Assembly (NCBI RefSeq): GCF_009914755.1 | Contig: NC_060933.1 | DNA length: 64,000 nt | Source: the human T2T-CHM13v2.0 reference genome, Homo sapiens | Strand: one strand, 5' to 3' | Shown here: piece by piece, positions 52,558 through 64,000 of the stretch | Layout: each line of letters opens with the position of its first letter | Position numbering within the stretch: position 1 is the first letter of the stretch | Program-made: the position numbers and the translations under genes | Notes under the pieces: model-generated | Told to the model about the DNA's origin: nothing | Databases searched by the model: none | Seen by the model: only the letters and a program-made list of their open reading frames with translations

Positions 52558-53865
52558 AATCTTCTTTCACTACAAAGAAATAAAACTAGGTATCAATAAG
52601 AAAAGTAATTTTGGAAACAATACAATCACATGGAAGTTAAACACTACCCTCCTGAATAAATGACCTGAATAAATAAAGGTCAATGAAGATACTAAGACAG
52701 AAATTCAAAAATTTCATGAAACAAAGGGTAATGAAAACACAGTATACCAAAACTTGTTACGCAGAAAGCAGTACAAAGGCAGAGATTTACAGCTATAAGT
52801 GCCTACCATCCAAACAAAAGAAAAACTTCAAATAAACAATACATCTTAAAGAACTAGTAAAGTAAGAACAAACTAAACCGAAAATAAGAAAATAAATAAG
52901 ATCGTAGCAGAAACAAAATTGAAATAAAAAACACACAAGATTAAACGAAAAGTTGGTTTTCTGGAAAGCTAAACAAAATTGACAAACTTTTAACCAGCCT
53001 AAGAAAAGAGACAAGATTCAAATAAATAAAATCAACAGATTAAAAAAAGGAGACATTACAACTAATACTTCAGAAATTCAAAGGATCATAACTGGCTATT
53101 ATATGCCAATAAATTGGAAAGCCTAGTAGAAATTGGCAAATTCCTAGATGCATACAACCTACTTAGGTTAAACAATGAAAACATCCAAGACCAGAACAGA
53201 TTGGTAACAAGTAATGAGATTGAAGCCATCAGAAAAAGTCTCCCAGTAAAGAAAAGCCCAGGAACTGATGATGTCTTCACTGCTGATGGCTTCACACCAA
53301 ACAATTTAAAGACCTAGTACAAATCCTGCTCAAATTATTTTGAAAAACAGGAGGGAATACTTCCAAACTTATTCTATGAGACCATTATTACTGTGATACG
53401 AAAATCAGATAAAAGCATCAAAGAAGAAAACTACAGGACAGGATCTCTAATATTGATGCAAAAATCCTCAACAGAATACCAGTGAATCAAATTCAGTAAT
53501 ACATTAAAAAGATAATTCATCATGATCAACTGGGATGTATCCCTGGAATGCAAGAGTCACTCAACATACAATGTGATACATCATATCAACCAAATAAACG
53601 ACAAAAACCGTATGATCATGTCAACTGAAACCAAAAAAGCATGTGATGAAATTCAACATCCCTTCATGCTATAAATCCTCAAAGAAACAGGCACAGAAGA
53701 AACATACCGCAACATAATAAAAACTACAGGAAAGACACCCACAGCTAGAATCATATGGAATGGGGAAAAATGGAAAGCTTTTCCTCTAAGATCTGGAACA
53801 TGATAAGGATGCCCCCTGTCACCACTGTTGTTTAACATAGTACCAGAAATCCTAGCTAAAGCAAT
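52558..53865 (+). mobile_element. L1 ORF2 internal fragment (L1MA/L1PB age) embedded in the GC-rich repeat
   Basis: KFLDAYNLLRLNNE...NEIEAIRKSLPVKKSPGTD peptide; ATTGATGCAAAAATCCTCAAC; AAAGCTTTTCCTCTAAGATCTGGAAC. Confidence 0.92.
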
Positions 53866-54420
53866 CAGTGCAGCCCCTGATATGGCCCCCAACCCACCCT
53901 GCCCCCTACCACCAGCAGTGTCGCCCCCCCCAATAGCACACCCAACATACCCTAACCGCCCCGCCTCCCCGCACCATGGGCATTACAGCAGCCCATAGCG
54001 CCCTCAACCCAAAACCGCCACCCCCCCCCCACAGCCACACAGTGCAGCCCCAGATAGCACACTTAACCCACCTCACTGTTGCGAGCAATACAGTCTGGGA
54101 TAGTGCCCCCAACCGGCTCCCCGCCAAAGGCAGTGCAGCCCCGGTTTGAGCCCCCAAACCGCCCCCCCCCCGCCCCCGGGCAGGCAGCACAGCCCCAGAT
54201 AGCACACCCAACCAGCCACCCAAGACGGGCAGTGACGCCTGAGATAGGGCTCCCAACCCGTCCCAGGCCACCAGCGGTGCAGCCTGGATGGCGCACTTAC
54301 CCCAATGCCTTTCTACACTGGCTGGCTGCAGTCTCCATCGCTGCCACCAACCACAAACATGGCTGCAAACAGGAAGGATTTTATTCACCGTCGATGCGGC
54401 CCCGAGTTGTCCCAAAGCGA
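53866..54420 (+). repeat. Continuation of the GC-rich ~45-50-bp unit repeat (GCAGTGCAGCCCC..GATAGC..CCCAACC)
   Basis: At least eight degenerate units visible, using the same motif as 52095-52390. Confidence 0.7.
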
Positions 54421-54815
54421 GGCAGTGCCCCAAGGTCTATGCAGAGCAGAACGCAGCTCCGCCCTCGCAATGCTCTCCGGGTCTGTGCCGAGGAGAACGC
54501 AGCTCCGCCCTTGCAAAGGCACACAGCGCCGGTGCCGGCGTGGCGGAGAAGCGGACAGCGGCGGAGAGGCGGTCGGCGGCGGCGCGGCGGAGAGGCGGTC
54601 GGCGGCGGCGCGGCGGAGAGGCGGTCGGCGGCGGGGCGGCGGAGAGGCGGTCGGCGGCGGCGCGGCGGAGAGGCGGGCGGCGGCGGCGAGGCGGGCGGCG
54701 GCGGCGAGGCGGGCGGCGGCGGCGAGGCGGACGGCGGCGGCGCGGCGCGGCGGAGAGGCGCACAGCGGCGGAGAGGCGCACAGCGGCGGCGCAGGCGCGG
54801 AGAGGCGCAGGCCCA
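54390..54815. promoter_or_regulatory. CpG island, candidate promoter
   Basis: Very high CpG retention compared with the CpG-depleted rest of the window. Subtelomeric TAR1 islands are known promoters, but activity here is untested. Confidence 0.6.
54425..54812 (+). repeat. TAR1 (telomere-associated repeat 1)-like sequence with CGG-rich VNTR
   Basis: GAACGCAGCTCCGCCCTCGCAATGCTCTCCGGGTCTGTGCCGAGGAGAACGCAGCTCCGCCC and GGCGCAGGCGCGGAGAGGCGCA match the subtelomeric repeats next to (CCCTAA)n at human chromosome ends. Contains 26-bp and 18-bp tandem units. Confidence 0.85.
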
Positions 54816-56214
54816 GGCTCCACTCCCCAGCTCTGAAAACTCATCCTGGTCAGAGTTCAGAAGGACATGTGGAGTATAAGGTCAGATGCGGAGATAAAGG
54901 GAGATGGTGTGGCCCTCCTGCCTGGGGGTGCTGAGCAGGTTGCTGGAGGCGGTGATCTCACTCTGAAGGAGACAGACACAGAAATGTGTGTACAGTTGAT
55001 GGTGAGCATCTGAGTTGCGTCTTGTTAGTGAGGCCAGGAGTGCCTGTGTAAGCTGGAACAGATTAGGTATATGATTTGTGAAACGGAGTTTCATCCTAGA
55101 TCTTCATCTAGTCAAAGGACTGTTTCCTGATTAGGCATTAGCTTAGTGGTTGCTAGTCTGTGTTGACCTTTGAAAGGCATGACTAGGCTAACTCTGAAGT
55201 TTCTGCTTCACACCATTTACAATTTAAAATTACCTAGAGCCTTGTGGGCCATTGGAAGAGACTGAATGTTTCACTCTGAAATGGGAGTCCTTGGAGGGTT
55301 TTGAGCAGAGGAGAGACATTCAGGTAATCAGATCACTCTGCCAAGACATCAGTCCGGTAGAGATCAGTCCGGTGGCACAAACCAGAGGGCTGGCAGTGGA
55401 GATGAGACAAAGAGTCAAACCCGGATAGAGTTTATTTGGAAGCTGGGTCAGTAGGATCTCCTGGTGGACTGAATATGGGGTGTGTGAGGAAATGAGGATG
55501 GCGACTGGAAGTTCCTGGAAGGATGGGTTGTTGCAGGTTAGATAGGAAACTGTCTGCAGATGCAGTTTTGGGAAGATGATGTTTGTTTCGGCTGGGTATC
55601 ATGCAGACAAGCGGAGTGTCAAGTCTGGAGAGACAGGTCTGGCCAGGGACTTAGATGTACAGCCCTCAGCATGTAGATGCCACTTAACTCTGTGAGGTGG
55701 CCGGGGAGTGAGTGCAGAGTGACTGGGAGGAGCAAGACTGGCATGGGCGAGATGGGGCGATTGCGGCCGTGAGGCCTGAGCAGTGCCTAGGAGGGAGAGG
55801 GAGAAGCAGTGTGAGCCTGCAGGCACGCAGGAGTCCAGTTGTACACGGAGGCGAAACACTGTTCAGATCCCGCTGCAGTGTTAACTATGGTAAAGGCAGA
55901 GTTGACCACCGGAGGAGTCCTTCAGCGTGGAGGCCTTCAGCGATCTTGGCAAGCACCAATTTTCATGGATGTAGGAGAATGGGAGCAGAGGAACTGGAGG
56001 CTGCAACTGTGGAAAACTTTTGTGGGGTTTTGCTGCAGAGAGAAGCAGAGAAATGAAGCAGTTTTTGGTGGAAGAAGTGGAATCAAAAGGTTTTGAGATG
56101 AGAGAGAGAACAGAGGGAAGAGCTGTTGGAATAAAGTCCAGGAAGAGTGGATGGTGTCTAGGGAGCAAGTGATGTGTGGCCCTGAGTAGAGGCATGGACA
56201 AATCATCTGTGCCT

Positions 56215-56405
56215 GAGCTGCCCGTAGAACTTTCTGTGATCATGGAGATGCACATCTGTGCTTCCCAATATTGTAACACTGGCCACAGGTTGATACGGAC
56301 CACTTCCAGTGTGACTAGTGTGATTGAGGAACTGCATTTTAAATATTATGTAATTGTAATTAATTTTAATTTAAATAGCCACACATAGCTCCTCTATGGG
56401 GCAGG
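56215..56405 (+). mobile_element. MER3 (hAT-Charlie) DNA transposon remnant
   Basis: TAGAACTTTCTGTGATCATGGA...GAGGAACTGCATTTTAAAT...AATTTAAATAGCCACA. Confidence 0.75.
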
Positions 56406-56722
56406 TCAGAGCTCTGATAAGGCTGGATATGGGAGGAAACCCTGGTATAGGGTTGACCGTAGAGGTTCTTTTGGTTTTGGAGTGAATCAGGAAACAGCCA
56501 TCAGCTGAGTGAAGGTGAGGGTGGTGGTGGGTGTTTGAAGACAAGGGAAAAGTGTGAAAGAATTATTTGGAGAGGAAGGAAAGAAAGTGTGGACTGGGGA
56601 TGTTTCTAATGTTTGAGCACGCAGGGCTCCACAGTTATCTACATTTGCTGTCCCTTGGAGCAGGAGAGAAGAAAATGGTTGGGACATATTCTGAACAGAC
56701 TGTAGAGGTAAAATGTGTAGGG

Positions 56723-57027
56723 TTTTTTTTTGTTTTTTTGTTTTTTGAGATGGAATCTCGCTCTATTGCCCAGGCTGGAGTGCAGTGGCACGATCTTGAC
56801 TCACTGCAACCTCCGTCTCCCAGGTTCAAGCGATTCTCTCACCTCTGCCTCCTGAGTAGTTGGGACTACAGGCACGCACCACCATGCCCAGCTGATTTTG
56901 GTATTTTTAGTAGAGACAGGGTTTCACCATGTTGGCGAGGCTGGTTTCAAACTCCTGACCTCATGTGATCTGCCCGCCTCGGCCTCCCAAAGTGCTGGAT
57001 TACAGGCATGAGCCACTGTACCCGGCC
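56723..57027 (-). mobile_element. AluS element
   Basis: TSD AAATGTGTAG (56711-56720 and 57028-57037). Confidence 0.95.
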
Positions 57028-57180
57028 AAATGTGTAGTATTTTTAATAGGATAAAGCCTACATAATTCTGTCCACAGTTCCTTTACTTAGAAATTGCTCA
57101 TTTGTTCATGTTAATCCTATGTTTATTACAAATAACAGCATACAGGTTTCCGCCCCCCCCCCCCACCCCATCATGTACAG

Positions 57181-57369
57181 CTGAATCACGTAGAATTTGA
57201 AGATCAAGATGATGAAGCCAGAGTTCAGTATGAGGGTTTTCGACCTGGGATGTATGTCCGCGTTGAGATTGAAAATGTTCCCTGTGAATTTGTGCAGAAC
57301 TTTGACCCCCATTACCCCATTATCCTGGGTGGCTTGGGCAACAGTGAGGGAAATGTTGGACACGTGCAG
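57181..57369 (+). pseudogene. BMS1P: BMS1-like exon A
   Basis: [63 protein letters not shown]; CAG| acceptor, |GTGGGT donor. Confidence 0.93.
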
Positions 57370-57453
57370 GTGGGTCCCTTTGCTGCGTATTTGGTGCCTG
57401 AGGCTCTGTGGATTTCCCCTCCATCAATCATCTTACCCTCTCATCCCCCTCAG

Positions 57454-57634
57454 ATGCGTCTGAAGAAACATCGCTGGTATAAGAAAATCCTCAAGTCCCA
57501 AGATCCAATCATATTTTCTGTAGGGTGGAGGAGGTTTCAGACCATCCTGCTCTATTATATCGAAGACCACAATGGAAGACAAAGGCTTCTAAAGTATACG
57601 CCACAGCACATCCATTGTGGAGCAGCCTTTTGGG
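57454..57634 (+). pseudogene. BMS1P: BMS1-like exon B
   Basis: [30 protein letters not shown]...[16 protein letters not shown]. Confidence 0.93.
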
Positions 57635-57880
57635 GTAAAATATGATTACAATAACTTGCCTATTGCCGAGATTAAACTTTACAGGCTGTGTTATTTTAGC
57701 TTTGTGCTTTTCCTTTCATAAAATTCCACTCCTAAGATGTTTCTCTTTTCTGGGAGCGGGGAGGTGGTTTGGAGTATATATGTACATCTATATCCAAATC
57801 TAAGTGTCCATATCCAGTATGTTAAACTAGAATCTAAAATTTCTGGTTTGCTATATTTCTTTTTTTCCTTTTCCTTTAAG

Positions 57881-57939
57881 ACCCTATCACTCCACAGGGA
57901 ACTGGTTTCTTGGCAATACAGTCTGTCAGTGGCATAATG
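57881..57939 (+). pseudogene. BMS1P: BMS1-like exon C
   Basis: PITPQGTGFLAIQSVSGIM; TTTAAG| acceptor, |GTAACT donor. Confidence 0.9.
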
Positions 57940-58473
57940 GTAACTATCTTGGACGATTTCTTTTACAGATTGGTTTGAGAAATATATCCTGAATGTGGGT
58001 TATTATGTACATGAGACTTTAAGTTGAAAATTACTCATTTTTATTAATATAAAGTAAATTTCCCTTTGCTTTTAATCTTCGTACATCCTTTTCAGTAGGG
58101 TGTGGGATTAGAGGAGGGGAGGTGGAAGAATTATAATGGTACATTTCCTATTTTTATGCATCTTTTGCATTTATTTATCCAAGCAAGTATTTAAGCAGTG
58201 CTCACCATGTGCTAAGCACTATATGAGGTTATGAGGAGCCGTCAGAGACCACCCAGACACAAGACTCCCTGCAGCTGTGCTGGGGTAGCAGTCTGTTCAC
58301 TCCATTTTCATTTGACTAGTCAGGCAGGGCAGGGTTTACTGGTCCCATTTAACAGAGAAGAAAGCAGAATAATGAGCAGATGGAATCTTCCCTGGAGGTC
58401 CAAATTTTAATTTCCTAAACATTGCAACTGTATTTTTCTTTTCCATTTTGTTCCAAATAAATCATTATAGTAA

Positions 58474-58870
<397 letters not shown>

Positions 58871-59045
58871 TAAAGTTTTGGATTGCTTTTGTCAAACCAA
58901 TGGGTTGCAAGTTCAGATGGTCTCTCTTGTTTTTCTTAACTAATTGTAAGTAAAATTCACTTTGGTAATTTATTGTGTCACATAGAATTGAAGTTTTTCT
59001 CTTGCTAATATTATTCCTATTTTCAAATTTTGGGGCTCCTGTTAG

Positions 59046-59168
59046 CCTGATTTTCGGATAGCTGCCACAGGAGTTGTCCTTGATCTGGATAAATCCATAA
59101 AAATTGTGAAGAAATTAAAGCTAACTGGTTTTCCATATAAAATTTTCAAGAACACTTCATTTATTAAG
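59046..59168 (+). pseudogene. BMS1P: BMS1-like exon D
   Basis: [41 protein letters not shown]. Confidence 0.92.
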
Positions 59169-60082
59169 GTCTGTATATCTATATATTCTCATATTTATAA
59201 ATGTCCATATTGTTTGAGAAAAGGAATGAAATACCTCTAAAATGTGGGCCTCTTATTTTTAGAAAAGTGTTTGAAATCTTTTATAAACTTCATATTTTGT
59301 TTGCTCCTTTATATTCTGTATTACTTAAATATGCTCAAAAAAGCAGTGGTAAACAGCTATTTAGGAATTGAGGCTGTTACTCCTGACTTCCATGTGAGAC
59401 TGCCACAGAACTCATATTGAAAATATGTCATTTTATCCACTAGGCTTTGTTTCCTACTTTTTAAATTGGTGTTAAGAAAGGGAAAAAAATCACAAGTTTG
59501 TCTAACTCAGTAGAAAAATCGACAAAGCATTTGCAGACAACTTGGCAAGGGTACAGAGAAACGGATATACTGTTTTTCGGTATTTTGGGAGGGTGGTTTG
59601 AGCAGCATTTATTGACAATTTCATTAGTGGGGATGTTTCTTTTGAAAACAGAGTTAGGAAGTCATAAAATGTTCTTGCAATATAAGGTAATAATACCACT
59701 GGCGTTTATCTTACTGTTTTCATGTTCTAAGTGCATGCATCTGAGTAAAAGGATCTGGGCTGCAGTCCAGTCTGAGAGATGCCAGCAAAGGCTTCCTAGG
59801 CCAATTCAGTCCAGTAAATCCCTCTTCGATCTTCTCTTCCACACAGACAGCAGTGATGAGCATGCCCATGAACTCACATGATTATTTTGGGGAAAATGAA
59901 AGAGTTGTATTCTTTTTGAGGTAGTAATTCCACTTTCAGGGGCAAATACATTTTGATTATTTTATCACCCTTCAGTGAGTTGTTTTTGTTCTTTAATCAC
60001 GGATGTATGTTTGAAGTAAGAAGTAAAGCATAAAGTATATGATTTTGTGTGTGTGTGTGTTTTTATCTTGCTATACCTGTAG

Positions 60083-60230
60083 GGAATGTTTAATTCTGCC
60101 TTGGAAGTGGCCAGATTTGAAGATGCTGTGATTCGAACTGTCAGTGGGATAAGGGGGCAGATCAAGAGAGCACTCTGAGCTCCAGAAGGAGCTTTCCAGG
60201 ATAGCTTTGAGGATAAGCTGCGGATGAGCG
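60083..60230 (+). pseudogene. BMS1P: BMS1-like exon E (in-frame stop at 60176)
   Basis: [48 protein letters not shown]. Confidence 0.92.
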
Positions 60231-60572
60231 GTGAGTGTCTTAAGTAGTGTTCAGGGCAGGGTGTTACCATTCATGCTTGACTTCTAGCCAGTGTGACGAG
60301 AGGCTGGAGTCAGGTCTCCAGAGAGTTGAGCAGCTCCGGCCTTAGATCTCCCAGTCTTATGCAGTGTGCCCATTTGCCTTGTGTCTGCAGTCCCCTGGCC
60401 ACACCCAGTAACAGTTCTGTGATCTATGAGAATAGTTTCCTTAGCGAGCTTTCCCTTCAAATACTTTGCAGCCAGGTAGAGAAGTTTGGAGTGAAGATTT
60501 TGTTCTTTGTTTCTTCACAATATGGATATGAATCTTCTTTTGAAAACGTTAAAGTAAATTACCTCTTTTCAG

Positions 60573-60748
60573 ATATTGTCTTCATGTGAACTTGGTATCC
60601 TGTTTCCATCCCAGCCTTCTATAACCCAGTAACATCTTTGTTGAAACCAGTGGGTGAGAAAGACACCTGGTCAGGAATGTGGACCACGGGCCAACTCAGG
60701 CTCGCCCATGGTGTCAGACTAAAGACAAACAAGGACTCTCTGTATAAG
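60573..60748 (+). pseudogene. BMS1P: BMS1-like exon F (in-frame stop at 60587)
   Basis: IVFM*TWYPVSIPAFYNPVTSLLKPVGEKDTWSGMWTTGQLRLAHGVRLKTNKDSLYK, then |GT donor. Confidence 0.92.
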
Positions 60749-60964
60749 GTACTGGTCGTGTGTGTGTTAGTGGAGATGAAGCCTGTGCTCTACAGACAGG
60801 GAGTCACACAGACACTTTTCTATAATTTCTTACATACTTTGAATGTTCAAGTATAAAGTCTAATGTTAAATTTGATTGAACAATTGTATATTTGTGGGAT
60901 ATTTTGGAATGGAACACCAAAAAATGGTAATAGTGGTTCTTTCTGGATTGAAGGAAAACTTTTC

Positions 60965-63350
<2,386 letters not shown>

Positions 63351-64000
63351 CTCCCAGGGGATGGGAGTGACTCTGGACATGGGAGTGACATGATAGTGAC
63401 TCTGGACCCTGCAGTGGTGGGACACAGCAGCATCTCAGTCTCTGAAAGGCCAGGCACAGCATCAGCAAGGACCCCAGAATGGTGGAGCACTACTGTGGCT
63501 TGAGCCCTCGGGGACAGGGACCAGTACAGCAACTACTTCTCTCCCTGGGGAGGCAGGTGCCTGGGCAACTCAGATTCTCCAGGGCTAGTCCAGTTCCAAG
63601 GAAGCAGGGTTCTACAGTTGTTTGTCCTGAAGGGCAAGGTACCCCAGTTCAGCCAATGCCGTTTTCCTGGGATATGGGGGTGCCATGTTGGCTCATCCCT
63701 GGCAGGTGTGGCTGCTCAGCTCAGCCAAGACACTGATTCCCTGTGAAGCAGGGCAGTGCTTCAGCTCTCATGCAGTGGGGGGTGTGACTGCTTAGACTGG
63801 CCAAGACACTGATTCCCTGGAAAGCAGGGCACCAAGTCAGCTCAGGCTCCAAGGGGCAGGGCGCAATGGCAGCTGGGAGGGGAGGGGCACAGCAGCGTGG
63901 CCCCGCAGGTGGGGTGTGTGCTGTGATGTGGACATCATTTGTTCCCACCAGCCATTTGAAATTTCATCCATTTGAAATTTGATTTCAAATGTGGTGGTGT

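Noticed and set aside
57250-57645. 131-aa ORF as a standalone CDS
   Set aside because: It reads through the 84-nt intron between BMS1 exons A and B and is part of the pseudogene.

Overview
This is primate (almost certainly human) genomic DNA, not microbial. It contains Alu, L1, L2, MER and ERV-L elements plus spliceosomal exons, and looks like a pericentromeric segmental-duplication mosaic. From left to right: (1) an internally deleted HERV-L provirus with MLT2A LTRs (781-5332), whose 3' LTR carries an inverted solo LTR of the same family; (2) about 33 kb of Alu/L1-rich DNA containing an isolated TRIM43-like RING/B-box pseudo-exon (27092-27495); (3) a 5.3-kb nearly G-free CATTT/CATCT satellite with a ~0.84-kb higher-order repeat (39083-44395); (4) two CAGGG-repeat blocks with strand switches (45415-51290); (5) GC-rich ACRO1/REP522-like units around an L1 fragment; (6) an interstitial TAR1-like CpG island with a CGG-rich VNTR (~54425-54812); (7) six 3' exons of an unprocessed BMS1 pseudogene (57181-60748). 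The most interesting observation is that an ATG-initiated frame running through the TAR1 repeat reaches a plausible splice donor in phase with the BMS1 exons, predicting a chimeric repeat-BMS1 ORF of about 390-407 aa (inference only). No intact canonical gene, tRNA, rRNA or CRISPR array is supported. Repeat subfamily names are assigned by eye from recalled consensus sequences, and many repeat boundaries are approximate.
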